From assembly GCF_003986945.1 (NCBI RefSeq), contig NZ_RAWR01000021.1, positions 1 to 64,000 of the forward strand: a DNA stretch of 64,000 bases, read 5' to 3'. Made by a program: the position numbers and the translations under genes. The notes beneath the pieces were generated by a model. The model was not told where the DNA came from. It did no database searches and worked only from the letters and a program-made list of their open reading frames with translations. Position 1 is the stretch's first letter; the number at the start of each line of letters is the position of its first letter. This DNA is from Corallococcus sp. AB018. GTDB lineage: Bacteria > Myxococcota > Myxococcia > Myxococcales > Myxococcaceae. This document shows positions 19,054 to 30,552 of the stretch, one piece after another.

Positions 19054-20583
19054 ATGCTCCCGCGCATGGAGACCCCCTCGCCGCTCGCGCAGCTGCTCCA
19101 GGCCCTGGACGCGGGGGACCTGGAGAAGGCACGGGTCGCGGCCGTGGCGCTGCAACGCGCCAACGCCCACACCCATCAGGTCGCCGCGGAGGTCCTCCAT
19201 GAGCTGCGTCAGCCCCTCCTGGGCGCGAAGGCCTACGCCCAGCTGCTCGCCGAGGAAGGAGGCTCCAGCGGTCCGCTGAAGCTGCTGCTCGCGCAGGTGG
19301 AGCGGATGGAGCAGATCGTCTCCGACTTCATCCGCCTGGCCAGCGAGCGGCCGGCCCCGCAGCAGCGGCTGTCCCTGGCCGCGCCCATCTGGGCGGCGGC
19401 GAAGGTGTTCAGCGTCAACCCGGACTCGGCGCGCATCTCACTGGAGGTGGAGGCCCCCGAGGACCTCACCATCCAGGGCAACGCGCGGCTGATTGAGCAG
19501 CTCACGCTCAACCTGCTCAACAACGCCCGCGACGCCATGTCCGGCCGGGGCCGCGTGAAGGTGACGCTCACGCGCGATGGCGCCTCCGCGGCCCTCTACG
19601 TTTCCGACTGGGGACCGGGCATCCCGGACGAGCTGAAGACGCGCATCTTCGAGCCCTACGTCTCCGCCAGCAAACGCGGCACGGGCCTGGGGCTCGCCGT
19701 CTGTCGTCGCATCGCGCAGGAGCACCACGCGCAGATTGCCCTGGTGCCGCCCACGACGCTGCGCGAAGTGCCGCCCCCGGCCACCGTGTTCCGCGTGCTC
19801 TTCCCGCCCACGGACGCGCCGCGCCCGCCGCGCAAGCGCCTGCTGGTGGTGGACGACGAGGGCATCATCCGGATGGTCTTCAAGGACCTGATGGACAAGG
19901 AGTGCGAAGTCATTGAAGCGGCCACGGGCGAAGCCGCGCTCGAAATCCTCCGCTCGTCGCGCGTGGATCTCATCGTCACGGACAAGAACCTGCCCGGAAT
20001 CTCCGGCCTGGAGCTGGCCCAGCACGCGAGGAAGCTGGACCCCGCGTCGCGCGTCATCCTGATGACGGGCTACCCCTCGCTGGTGACGACGCAGCAGGCG
20101 CTGCAGCTGGGCCTGGTGGACTACCTGCTCAAGCCCTTCGACGACATCCGCCAGGTGCGCGCGCTGCTGCGGCAGGCGCTGTACACGCCGGCCGCGCCGC
20201 CTGTCCCCGCCCCCAGCGCTGGCGTGCGCCGGGTGGACGTGCTGGAGGACAACCCGGCCACCGCGCGGCTGATTTCAGAGGCGCTGACGCTGTTGGGCCT
20301 GGAGGCGCGCGTCGTCGCGGGCGCGGAGGTGGCCACCATGGAGCCGCCCATGGGCGTGGTGGTGTCTTGGGACTTCGCGCCGGCCTACGGCAAGAAGGCG
20401 CTGGAGCTGGCCCGGGCCCTGAGCCAGGGCGCGCCCTTCGTCGTCCTGGCCGAGCACCTCACCATGGACACGGCGCTGGCGTCGCTGCGCGCCGGGGCCG
20501 CCGCGTGCCTGCCCAAGCTGCTCTCCGACACCACGGCGCTCAGCCGCGAGCTGGGCCTGGCCTTCAAGAAGACCGCTTCCTGA
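19054..20583 (+). CDS. Hybrid sensor histidine kinase (HisKA + HATPase_c + C-terminal receiver)
   Basis: H-box LHELRQPLLG. N/G boxes (LNLLNNARDAM, SDWGPGIPDE, GTGLGLAV). Receiver RLLVVDDEGIIRMV...DLIVTDKNLPGISG...KPF. Confidence 0.85.
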   Translation: MLPRMETPSPLAQLLQALDAGDLEKARVAAVALQRANAHTHQVAAEVLHELRQPLLGAKAYAQLLAEEGGSSGPLKLLLAQVERMEQIVSDFIRLASERPAPQQRLSLAAPIWAAAKVFSVNPDSARISLEVEAPEDLTIQGNARLIEQLTLNLLNNARDAMSGRGRVKVTLTRDGASAALYVSDWGPGIPDELKTRIFEPYVSASKRGTGLGLAVCRRIAQEHHAQIALVPPTTLREVPPPATVFRVLFPPTDAPRPPRKRLLVVDDEGIIRMVFKDLMDKECEVIEAATGEAALEILRSSRVDLIVTDKNLPGISGLELAQHARKLDPASRVILMTGYPSLVTTQQALQLGLVDYLLKPFDDIRQVRALLRQALYTPAAPPVPAPSAGVRRVDVLEDNPATARLISEALTLLGLEARVVAGAEVATMEPPMGVVVSWDFAPAYGKKALELARALSQGAPFVVLAEHLTMDTALASLRAGAAACLPKLLSDTTALSRELGLAFKKTAS

Positions 20584-20590
20584 AAAAGAC

Positions 20591-20635
20591 TCCGGCCCCG
20601 GGCGCCCCGCTTTCGCGGAGCCCACCGGGGCCGGA
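20591..20635 (-). terminator. Putative rho-independent terminator of groEL2
   Basis: Inverted repeat TCCGGCCCCGG ... CCGGGGCCGGA with a structured loop. On the minus strand it is followed by CTTTTTC. Confidence 0.5.
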
Positions 20636-20668
20636 AACCCTACGAAGCTACGGAGCCGTTACGTCGGC

Positions 20669-22360
<1,692 letters not shown>

Positions 22361-22387
22361 TTAGCACTCGGCCATGTCGAGCGCCAA
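22361..22387. promoter_or_regulatory. CIRCE-like HrcA operator upstream of groEL2
   Basis: TTAGCACTC-N9-GAGCGCCAA versus CIRCE consensus TTAGCACTC-N9-GAGTGCTAA. First half perfect, second half 7/9. About 50 bp upstream of the groEL start. Confidence 0.6.
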
Positions 22388-22491
22388 CATAAGGGCCGCA
22401 TCGACGATGTCAACGGAAAGGGGCAGCCGTGTGGGCCTGAGGACGCCTACTGGCCCGCCCGGGTGGGGGGCCGGGCCGCCTTGGGAAGGCC

Positions 22492-22848
22492 CTACTCCGC
22501 GAAGCGCACGAGGTTGAGCAGCTGCCCCATGTCCAGGGGCTTCTGCAGGGTGATGGCGACGCCCTTGCGCAGGCCCCGGTCGGAGATGTTGGCGTCCGTG
22601 CTGGCGGTCATCATCAGGACGGAGATGCGCTGGAAGCGGGGGTCCGCCTTCAGCATCTCCGTGAAGTGGATGCCGTCCAGGTGGGGCATCAGGTAGTCGG
22701 TGATGACCAGCCCCACGGGGTGACGCTCCATGATGTCCAGGGCCTGGAGCGCGTCCGACGCCGAGAACACGGTGTAGCCATGCATCTCCAGGTAGCGAGA
22801 GAGCATGGTGCACAGCTCGTAATCGTCGTCGACGACCAGGATGTTCAC
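22492..22848 (-). CDS. Single-domain response regulator (CheY-like)
   Basis: ILVVDDDYELC...LVITDYLMPHLDG...LQKPL. Confidence 0.85.
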   Translation of the reverse strand: MNILVVDDDYELCTMLSRYLEMHGYTVFSASDALQALDIMERHPVGLVITDYLMPHLDGIHFTEMLKADPRFQRISVLMMTASTDANISDRGLRKGVAITLQKPLDMGQLLNLVRFAE

Positions 22849-22936
22849 GGGGTTCGGGCCGAAACGGGGCGCTGGAAGGTAACAGCGACGCCGGTCGTTG
22901 ACAACGCGAAGGACGGCTTCTTAGCTGCCGGCCCGA

Positions 22937-24010
22937 ATGGCGAAGCGCATGGCGAAGCAAGGGGAGGCGCGGGACATGGACGCGCGGCTGGAGGGAGTCG
23001 CGGACGCCTTCGAGGCGCGGGACTTCGAGGCCGCGCTCACCAGCGCCGACGCCCTGCTCCGGGACGTTCCGGACTCACCAGAAGCCCTGCACTACCGGGC
23101 CGCCGCGCTGGTGGAGGTGGGACGCCTGGAGGACGCGGGCAAGGCCTATGGCGCCGCCCTCAAGATGGCCCCGGAAGACCTGGAGATCCTCTTCGGCGCG
23201 GCGGAATTCCTCGTGTGCCGCACCGGCGAGGACCGCGAGGCGGTGGAGGAAGGGCTGGAGTGGTGCGGCCGCGGGCGGAAGCTGGCGCAGCGGGCCGATG
23301 ACGTGGAGCTCGTCTACGAGTTCCTCCTCCTGGAGGGCATGGGCCTCAACCAGCTGGGGGAATGTGAGTCCGCGCTGAAAATCCTGGACCAGGCGCTGAC
23401 GCACATGCCGCGCTCGACGGACGCGCAGCTGGAGCGGGGCATCGCGCTGTTCGAGTTGTGCCGCTTCGCGCCCGCGCAGGAGGCCTTCGAGCGGGTGTTG
23501 AAGGACGCGCCGGACGAGGCCTGGGCGCACCACTACCTGGGGCTGGTCGCGGAGCGGCGCCAGGATGCGAAGGAGGCGAAGAAGCGCTTCTCCCGGGCGC
23601 AGGCGCTGGCCCCGGAGGAGCTGCCGCCGCCGGTGGCGCTGGAGGAGGCGGCGTTCGACCGCGCGGTGGAGGACGCGATGCGCGCCCTGCCCTCGCAGGT
23701 GAAGCAGTACATGGACAACGTGACGCTGGCGGTGGAGGACCTGCCGTCGGATGAGGACCTGCTGGGTCAGCAGCCGCCACTGTCACCGTGCATCCTGGGG
23801 GTGTTCCGGGGCACGCCCGTGGGCGAGCGCAGCGTGATGGACGCGGCGGATCACTTCCCGCCCTCCATCGTGCTGTACCAGAAGAACCTGGAGCGCTTCG
23901 CGCGGACCCGCGAGGAACTCATCGAACAGATTGGCATCACGGTGATGCACGAAGTCGGTCACTTGATGGGTCTGGATGAAGACGACCTGTGGGAGCGGGG
24001 GCTGGACTAG
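22937..24010 (+). CDS. TPR-repeat protein with C-terminal zincin-like putative metallopeptidase domain (HExxH)
   Basis: Multiple TPR-like helical repeats. C-terminal VMHEVGHLMGLDEDDL resembles the Zincin_1 / DUF1025 minimal metallopeptidase fold. Confidence 0.65.
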   Translation: MAKRMAKQGEARDMDARLEGVADAFEARDFEAALTSADALLRDVPDSPEALHYRAAALVEVGRLEDAGKAYGAALKMAPEDLEILFGAAEFLVCRTGEDREAVEEGLEWCGRGRKLAQRADDVELVYEFLLLEGMGLNQLGECESALKILDQALTHMPRSTDAQLERGIALFELCRFAPAQEAFERVLKDAPDEAWAHHYLGLVAERRQDAKEAKKRFSRAQALAPEELPPPVALEEAAFDRAVEDAMRALPSQVKQYMDNVTLAVEDLPSDEDLLGQQPPLSPCILGVFRGTPVGERSVMDAADHFPPSIVLYQKNLERFARTREELIEQIGITVMHEVGHLMGLDEDDLWERGLD

Positions 24011-24030
24011 CGCCGTTCTCCCCTGCCCTG

Positions 24031-24333
24031 ATGCGCGCCATGCATGCATGGACGAAGCTGGGGCTGATGGCGGTGCTGGGTCTGACGGGCTGTCTGGGCG
24101 ACGACGACGAAGAGCCGCGCACGTGTCCGCAGGTGGTGGTGTTCGCGCGCTCGGACAGCGAGACGTGCCAGTCCTTCCCGACGCCGTGTGACGTGCCGGA
24201 GGGGTACGTCGAGTGCTGCGGCGGCCTCTTCGGGGGCTGCGCGGGGAACGTGTCCGGGAACACCTGCGTGGATGATCCGTCCGACACGTGCCAGCCCGGG
24301 GGCAGCGCGGACTGCCCGGGCATCTGCCAGTAG
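24031..24333 (+). CDS. Small cysteine-rich lipoprotein (about 100 aa, 11 Cys)
   Basis: Lipobox LGLTGC followed by acidic DDDEE and a Cys-rich body (CPQ..CQSFPTPCDVPEGYVECCGGLFGGCAG..C..C..CPGICQ). Confidence 0.45.
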   Translation: MRAMHAWTKLGLMAVLGLTGCLGDDDEEPRTCPQVVVFARSDSETCQSFPTPCDVPEGYVECCGGLFGGCAGNVSGNTCVDDPSDTCQPGGSADCPGICQ

Positions 24334-24336
24334 GCG

Positions 24337-26736
24337 TCAGGCGGCGCGCGAGCCCATGTCCTCGAAGTAGGCGCGGCGGGCTCGGGCGCAGGTGGGGCAC
24401 TGCCACTGCACCAGGGTGAGGTGGCGGTCGCCCAGGACGACGGCCTCGTGGCGGAGCGACTCCCGTGGGGCCTCGCTGGTGGCTCCACAGGCGCAGCGCA
24501 GCCGGCCCAGCGTGGACAGCAGCTCCTGGGGGCTGGTGATGGGGATGGCGGTTCCTGCGCTGTCGCCCCGGTGGTCCGCGTCGAACTTGCGTGCAAAGGC
24601 GCGGCGCCGGCCCCAGGCGCGGCCCTTGCGCCAGAGCGCCACCGGGCCGCCCTGCGCGATGACGAACCACAGCACGAGGCACGTCGCGATGACGCCCAGG
24701 AGGATGGCACCCGCCTCGCCGGACGGAACGGATGAGGCCTGGTCGCGGGCGGCCCGGCTCCTGAGTTGGATGGCGTAGCCGCGCTGGGCCTCGGTGGCGC
24801 GCACGGCCTTCACGTACTCGGCGATGCGCTCGGGCGGGACCGAGTCCGCGGTGCTGCGATAGCTGTAGTCGAGCAGCAGCGTCTTGCCTTCGGCGCGGGT
24901 GTCGGCCACGAAGCGGAAGGCCGGACCGTCCACGACCTCGTACTCCGTTTTGACGGGGGGCAGCTCGCCGGCCTTCAGCGTGATGCGGTGGCGGGCGAAG
25001 ACGGGGTGCTCCACCTCCAGCGGGAAGGCGCGGTGGGAGTAGTTCGGCACGGAGAGGTGCTGGCGCAGGCCATGCGCGCGGAACTCCCGGCGACCGTCCG
25101 AGGTCCAGAAGTCCTCGATGCGGTAGTGCTCTTGCGTGACGAGCACGTTCGTCACGGTGTCGTCGTCCACCGACATGGGCTTCGCGATGGAGATGTCCGC
25201 GTCCGTCTTCGCGTAGTAGTTGAAGTAGAGGCGGGACACCTCGGACAGGGACGTGCCCGCGAGCGCGCGGCGCATGGAGTTGGCGTCCGCCCCCGTGCGC
25301 GTGGTGACGACGTCGAGTGTCGCGGCCCCGTCGCGGCCCATCGCGACGTAGGTCTCGTCCACGAAGAGGGAGGGCTCCGTCAGCGTGGGCGTGGGGATGA
25401 CGGAGAGCGCCGTGGTGGCGGGGGCGACGAGGAGGGCCCGGCCGTAGGAGGGCGGCTCGTAGCTTTCCAGCCCGCCGCGCTCCAGCGTCGCCGTGGGATC
25501 CACCCACAGCTCGCGGCCGGCCACGGTGGCATGGACGATGACGTGGTTGAACGCGGTGGCGGTGGGACGCAATCCGTCCAGAAGCTGCGTGAGGTCCGTG
25601 CTCACGAGCGCCGGCTGCGCGTCGATGCCCAGCCCCTTGAGGAGCGACACCAAGAGGAGCGACTTGTCCTTGCAGTCGCCGAAGCGGCGCTGGAGGACCT
25701 CGTCGGGCGGATGGGGCTGGTGGGAGTTGGGGCCCATCTCGATGCCCAGGTAGCGCACCTCGTCCTGGACGAAGCGAAGCGCGGCGAGGAAGCGAGCCTC
25801 CGGGGTGGGCTCCTTCGACAGCCGGCGGACCTCCTGCTCCAGCGACTTCGAGCGGGCGGGCATCTGGAACAGCGTGGAGGCCCAGCGCGCGACGTCGTTC
25901 CAGTCCTTGTATTCGCTGAACTGGATCCACGGGTAGACGGGCTGCCAGCCGGGGACGTTGTCCTCGTGGCGGACCGCGGGCACGTGGTGGCGCTCCAGGA
26001 TGATTTCACGCTCGCCGTTCAGCATCGACTCCGAGCGCGACAGGCCCGGCGCGGCGAAGTCCCGGATGAAGAGCGTGCGCCCCCGCCCTTCCGGCCACAG
26101 CAGCCGGTAGGCGAAGTGGACCACGGGATAGGAGTGGCCCACGCCGACGACGTCGGAGAAGCGTCCGCCAAAGACGGGGTTGGCGCCTTCGAAGGAGTAC
26201 GCGACCTCCACGGTGTCGCCCACGCGCACGTCGCGGAGGAAGGGCACCACGGAGAGGTTGCCGTTGTAGAGCCGGTTCTGGAGCTCGGTCTCCTGCTGGA
26301 TGACGCGGGCCTCGGCGGGCTGGAAGACGTCCTCGCGGCGGCCATCGCGGATGCGCCAGATGCCGTGGACGGTGAGCTTCTGGTACGTCGGATCGAAGCG
26401 GAACTGGATGTCCGTGACGCGGTCGATGCCCCGCGGCGAGAGGACCTTCTGGGCCGAGTGCAGGTAGTGCACGCGCGACGGGCCGGACACGCGCACCTGT
26501 TCCTCGATCAGCAGCCGGGAGACGCTGGTCTCCTCCTCGCCCTCGGGCGTCGGGCCGGGGTCTGGAGGAATGGGAAGCGGCTTCACCCACGCGGCGGGAG
26601 GCCCAACGCGGAACGGCCTGGCGTTCGTCGCCGCCGGTGCTGCCCCCGCGCTCAAGGACAGACACAGACACAGCAGCAGGATGGACACCGGAAGGAAGCC
26701 CGGTGCCAGGAGGACGGAACGGAAGGTTCGGCGCAT
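24337..26736 (-). CDS. DUF3857 / transglutaminase-like domain protein with C-terminal TM helix and cytoplasmic Cys4 zinc-ribbon
   Basis: Signal peptide. Transglutaminase core motif RRFGDCKDKSLLLVSLLKGLGI. TM segment AILLGVIATCLVLWFVIA. C-terminal CACG...CPTC. Confidence 0.7.
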   Translation of the reverse strand: MRRTFRSVLLAPGFLPVSILLLCLCLSLSAGAAPAATNARPFRVGPPAAWVKPLPIPPDPGPTPEGEEETSVSRLLIEEQVRVSGPSRVHYLHSAQKVLSPRGIDRVTDIQFRFDPTYQKLTVHGIWRIRDGRREDVFQPAEARVIQQETELQNRLYNGNLSVVPFLRDVRVGDTVEVAYSFEGANPVFGGRFSDVVGVGHSYPVVHFAYRLLWPEGRGRTLFIRDFAAPGLSRSESMLNGEREIILERHHVPAVRHEDNVPGWQPVYPWIQFSEYKDWNDVARWASTLFQMPARSKSLEQEVRRLSKEPTPEARFLAALRFVQDEVRYLGIEMGPNSHQPHPPDEVLQRRFGDCKDKSLLLVSLLKGLGIDAQPALVSTDLTQLLDGLRPTATAFNHVIVHATVAGRELWVDPTATLERGGLESYEPPSYGRALLVAPATTALSVIPTPTLTEPSLFVDETYVAMGRDGAATLDVVTTRTGADANSMRRALAGTSLSEVSRLYFNYYAKTDADISIAKPMSVDDDTVTNVLVTQEHYRIEDFWTSDGRREFRAHGLRQHLSVPNYSHRAFPLEVEHPVFARHRITLKAGELPPVKTEYEVVDGPAFRFVADTRAEGKTLLLDYSYRSTADSVPPERIAEYVKAVRATEAQRGYAIQLRSRAARDQASSVPSGEAGAILLGVIATCLVLWFVIAQGGPVALWRKGRAWGRRRAFARKFDADHRGDSAGTAIPITSPQELLSTLGRLRCACGATSEAPRESLRHEAVVLGDRHLTLVQWQCPTCARARRAYFEDMGSRAA

Positions 26737-26914
26737 GGCGGAAGGGCGCTCATCATGGAGCCCGGATGACGCGCCGGGCAAGGCGCCCCCTGGGACACCG
26801 GGCGAGCGGCCCCGCTTCATTCACCAGTGAAAACCGCCATGCAGGCCAAGCCTGGAATTGCCGTGACACGGGCTAGGGTTCCGGCCATCGGTTGGAAGGC
26901 CCAGGAGGCTGGCG

Positions 26915-27883
26915 ATGGTCAACGTGAGGCAGGTCGCGACGCGGCTGAAGAGTGCGTTCCTGGCGGACCCGGAGCGCTTCTATACGAACGAGACAGGGGC
27001 CTGGGTGGCGGGGATGCCGGCGCCGAGCGACATCCGGGTGACGACGGGCCGGGAGCCCTTCTGGATCAACCTGGGCTACTGGAAGCACGTGGAGAAGGTG
27101 GACGACGCCAACGTGGAGCGCGTGGGGGAGCTGTTCCGGTCCGCGCAGGCGGAGATGGCGCGCCTGTTGGCGAGGACGGCGAAGCTGGGGCCCGGGGATG
27201 CCGTCTTGGACTGCGGCTTCGGGTACGCGGACCAGGACCTGCTGTGGGCGGAGGAGTTCAAGCCCGCGAGCATCGTCGGGGTGAACATCACGCCGAACCA
27301 GGTGAAGGTGGGCCGGGAGCGCGTGAAGCTGACGGGGCTGGAGGGTGTGGTCCGGCTGGAGGTGGGGAGCGCGACGGCGCTGCCGGGGCCGGAGGGAGCG
27401 TTCGACGTGGTGTTCGCGCTGGAGTCCGCGATGCACTTCCGGATGAGGCAGGACTTCCTGCGCGAGGCCTTCCGGGTGCTGAAGCCGGGAGGCCGGCTGG
27501 TGATGGCGGACATGGCGCAGAAGACGGACCGTGAGGCTGGAGCCGGACTCCGAGCACGGCTGCGCTACCGCTACTGGCGGGGGCTGATTGCCTTCCCGGA
27601 GGAGAACGTCTGGTCGACGGAGCGCTACCGGGAGGAGCTGCGGCGGGCGGGGTTCCAGGACGCGAAGGTGGAGTCCATCGCGGACGACGTGTACCCGGCG
27701 GTGAACACGGCGCTGGTGGCGCTGCGGGGCATAACGCAGCTGGAGCGCAATCCGGGGAGCACGTCGCTGCACCAGGTGCGCGCGGACGTGCACAAGGCGA
27801 TGCGGATGACACCGGAGCAGCTCCAGTGGCCCGCGCTGTTCAACTGCGACGAGTACGCCGTGGTGTCCGCGCGCAAGCCGTGA
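26915..27883 (+). CDS. Class I SAM-dependent methyltransferase
   Basis: Motif I VLDCGFGYADQD. Motif post-I/II region DVVFALESAMHF. VLKPGGRLVMAD. Confidence 0.8.
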   Translation: MVNVRQVATRLKSAFLADPERFYTNETGAWVAGMPAPSDIRVTTGREPFWINLGYWKHVEKVDDANVERVGELFRSAQAEMARLLARTAKLGPGDAVLDCGFGYADQDLLWAEEFKPASIVGVNITPNQVKVGRERVKLTGLEGVVRLEVGSATALPGPEGAFDVVFALESAMHFRMRQDFLREAFRVLKPGGRLVMADMAQKTDREAGAGLRARLRYRYWRGLIAFPEENVWSTERYREELRRAGFQDAKVESIADDVYPAVNTALVALRGITQLERNPGSTSLHQVRADVHKAMRMTPEQLQWPALFNCDEYAVVSARKP

Positions 27884-27925
27884 CCGTGGTTGACGGACTG
27901 GGGCGGAGCGGCGGTAATCGGAAGC

Positions 27926-28024
27926 GGTAGGGCCTCCGGACCTGGTGGCCGGCCCGGTCTTCAAAACCGGTGAGGGGCTGCGAGAGCAGTCCCTGGCGAG
28001 TTCGATTCCCGTGCCCTACCGCCA
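27926..28024 (+). tRNA. selC: tRNA-Sec (anticodon UCA), bacterial 8/5-type with long variable arm
   Basis: 8-bp acceptor stem GGTAGGGC/GCCCTACC, discriminator G, encoded CCA. Anticodon stem CCGGT/ACCGG with loop CTTCAAA (U33, UCA, A37). Long extra arm GAGGGGCTGCGAGAGCAGTCCCTG. GTTCGATTCC T-loop. Folded by eye only. Confidence 0.7.
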
Positions 28025-28090
28025 CACCTCTGCAATCCGGTTAGCGATTCATCGTCACCAGCCAGCAGCTACCAAGAGGTCGACGCACAA

Positions 28091-28480
28091 ATGCCACAGG
28101 ATAAGGAAAGTGGCGCAACTGCCGCTCAATGGGGCCGTGATACAGCTCGACAGCTCGCCGAAAAGCTAGGAGCCAAGCCACTCAGCAACATCTCGAATGA
28201 GGCGCTACTCGACGACGAATTGATTGTGATCAAGTGCGCCAAACCTGACACCGACACCGTCGGTGTCACCTTCAAGATGCTTGCACGCGTGTCCCGCGTA
28301 TTCGGTGCTTTCCAACAGAGCGACGGCAGCTTTGACATTTGGTCACTACCGTCCAGCATTTATTCCAAACATACCCGCGAGTCGGCCGGTCGCGGCTCAT
28401 CCGCTGGAAAGTATGGGCTCGTACGACGAGACGCGTTCCTCTCACTTGGAGTTCACATCGGGACAGTCCGGCTCCCCTAG
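28091..28480 (+). CDS. Hypothetical protein in low-GC islet
   Basis: ORF in compositionally atypical region. No recognisable domain. Confidence 0.35.
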   Translation: MPQDKESGATAAQWGRDTARQLAEKLGAKPLSNISNEALLDDELIVIKCAKPDTDTVGVTFKMLARVSRVFGAFQQSDGSFDIWSLPSSIYSKHTRESAGRGSSAGKYGLVRRDAFLSLGVHIGTVRLP

Positions 28481-28839
28481 TATGCCGAACTAGATTTGAA
28501 CGACTGACTTGGGCCTGACGATCAGCATCGCCCCCAGTCACTGTGAACCCATGGCAATGGAGAGTCGCTTGGCTCTCGGGAAAACAGCACGGCGGCTGGT
28601 CCTGTGGGCTATCGTGGGACCTCTGCTGGCAGGCGCGTTTGGACAGACCGGATGCTCCCATGGAAGCAATCTAGTCATTGGGCGCACTGCACCTGAACAC
28701 TTCCGGCACGCCGTCGGCCCGCACGCTCGACGACAGCCGGTGACCACCCGGAGCGCTTGTCAGTTCTACCTGGTATTACCCGACCTTGCGCCACCGATGC
28801 GCTCCCGAGCAAAGAGCGCCAGCGCCAGGAGGGCTCCGC

Positions 28840-30192
28840 ATGCTGCCACGATGGTCGATTCCCCTACTGATCGTGATGCTGGCCGGATGCAGCGGCACCA
28901 CGAAGTCCGTGCGCCTACACACGGGCCACGGCGACCCCATCGTCCTCACCCCACGCAGCGGCGATGCCGCGCCGGTGGAGTTGGACGAAGACGACTTCGT
29001 TGAAGTCGTAGCAGTGCTCGCCCGGAACGTGCGGCCGTCCACTCATCCCCAGGAAACGGCCCGGCGGTTTTTCGAGATGGATCCGCGCAGCGGTTCGTAC
29101 CTGTACGAGCCGCGCAGCCACCGTGTCATCCCGCTGGGACCGGGCGAACACCTGGACGGTGATCTCCCCTCGACAGAGGTGGATCTGACGCGCGCATACC
29201 TGCGCTGGTGCGAGCGAACGAGCAAACCCGGCGATTGCCTGCGCCTCCTGGTGGAGAGCCCTACTGTCACCGGAGATGGCCGTTACGCCCTGGCCATGGC
29301 CTTGGCCCAAGGCGTCGTGCGGGACGAGATGATGGACGCCTTCAAGGAGATGGCTGATCCCCAGGCCATGATGGCTGCGGTTCTTTGGACGTGGACCACG
29401 TACTGCATCTTGCTCGCGGTGCCCGAGCCTTTCTCGAAGGGCGTGGCCGCCGTGATGACCGCCTCCCTCATTGCCTACGTGGGGGTCGATACGTTCTGGA
29501 GCCTCATCTTGGGCTTCAAGCAGCTGGTGGAGGAGGCGGAGCGGGCCACCACGTTTGACGAACTCCGCGAGGCGGGTGAGCGCTACGGCAAGGTCATGGG
29601 CCGCAACGCGGCGCGCGCGTTCGCCATGTTGGCAACGGCCGCCCTTGGGAACACGGCGGCGGGGCTGGGGTCGAAGGTGCCAATGCTCCCAGGCGCCGCG
29701 CAGGCGGCGGTCCAGGCTGAAGCGCAAATGGGCATCAGGCTCGCGGCGGTCGCGGACGTGGGAACGGTGGCCGTGAGCGCCGAGACCGTCACCATCGCCC
29801 TCGCGCCCGGCGCGGTGGCCATGGGGGCCAAAGCCACGGGCGGCAGCGCCTCCGCCAAGGCGCGTCCCTTGGGCTACAGGGCCTGGAGCTCGTTCAGTGG
29901 TTTCAAGAAGGCCATGGGCCCGGCGGGCAAGAACAAGGAGTGGCACCACATCGTCGAGCAAACTCCGGGCAACGTGAAGCGCTTCGGCCCCCAGGCCCTC
30001 CACAACACCGAGAACCTCATCCCACTGGACAAGATCCTGCACACCGACGTCAGCGCGCTCTACTCGTCGATCCGGCGTAGTATCACCGGCTCGCCATTGA
30101 CCGTGAGGCAATGGTTGAGCACGCAGTCCTACGAGGCCCAGCGTGACTTCGGGCTGCTGGCCATGGAGAACGTGGCGAAGGGGGTCTGGTGA
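28840..30192 (+). CDS. Lipoprotein polymorphic toxin with C-terminal WHH (HNH-superfamily) predicted nuclease domain
   Basis: AGGAGGG ribosome-binding site 8 nt upstream. Lipobox IVMLAGCSG. C-terminal KEWHHIVEQTPGNVKRFGPQALHNTENLIPLDKILHTD carries the W-H-H signature and the downstream H/N pattern of WHH toxin domains. Immediately followed by an overlapping small gene (ATGA). Confidence 0.6.
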   Translation: MLPRWSIPLLIVMLAGCSGTTKSVRLHTGHGDPIVLTPRSGDAAPVELDEDDFVEVVAVLARNVRPSTHPQETARRFFEMDPRSGSYLYEPRSHRVIPLGPGEHLDGDLPSTEVDLTRAYLRWCERTSKPGDCLRLLVESPTVTGDGRYALAMALAQGVVRDEMMDAFKEMADPQAMMAAVLWTWTTYCILLAVPEPFSKGVAAVMTASLIAYVGVDTFWSLILGFKQLVEEAERATTFDELREAGERYGKVMGRNAARAFAMLATAALGNTAAGLGSKVPMLPGAAQAAVQAEAQMGIRLAAVADVGTVAVSAETVTIALAPGAVAMGAKATGGSASAKARPLGYRAWSSFSGFKKAMGPAGKNKEWHHIVEQTPGNVKRFGPQALHNTENLIPLDKILHTDVSALYSSIRRSITGSPLTVRQWLSTQSYEAQRDFGLLAMENVAKGVW

Positions 30193-30542
30193 TGACGTTG
30201 GAGAGATTGGTCGAGCAGTTCGCCCTGAACGTGGCGGCACAGACCGAGGCCATCTTCCGGGGAGATGCCAAGACGGGAAACAAGCACGCCAGGAAGTACG
30301 GTGCAGCCGTCGATAAGCTCCTGGCCCATGGAAACGCAGGACGTGATGCCCTCCTCGTCCTGCTCAAGCATGAGCGCATGGATGTGCGTGTCATGGCCGC
30401 CGCCCATCTGCTCCGCTACCGGACGGCCGAAGCGAAGGCGGTTCTGGAGGAAGCCGCCAAGGGCAAGGGGCTCGTTCCCTTTGAAGCCGGGCAGGCATTG
30501 AAGCGCTGGGAAGAAGGAACCTGGGCGCTCGATCCAGAGTAG
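30189..30542 (+). CDS. Putative immunity protein (DUF2019-like, HEAT-like helical repeats)
   Basis: 117-aa helical protein translationally coupled to the toxin gene (MTLERLVEQFALNVAAQTEAIFRGD...). Resemblance to DUF2019 immunity-type proteins is from memory. Confidence 0.5.
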   Translation: MMTLERLVEQFALNVAAQTEAIFRGDAKTGNKHARKYGAAVDKLLAHGNAGRDALLVLLKHERMDVRVMAAAHLLRYRTAEAKAVLEEAAKGKGLVPFEAGQALKRWEEGTWALDPE

Positions 30543-30552
30543 CCCGCCTCGG

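Noticed and set aside
23783-25930. 715-aa minus-strand ORF, and the 667-aa plus-strand ORF at 24766..26769, overlapping the transglutaminase-like gene
   Set aside because: Both are alternate-frame or antisense to 24337..26736. Only 24337..26736 has a signal peptide, the GDCKDKS core, a TM helix and a zinc ribbon. The others are Arg/Pro/Gly-rich with no domains.
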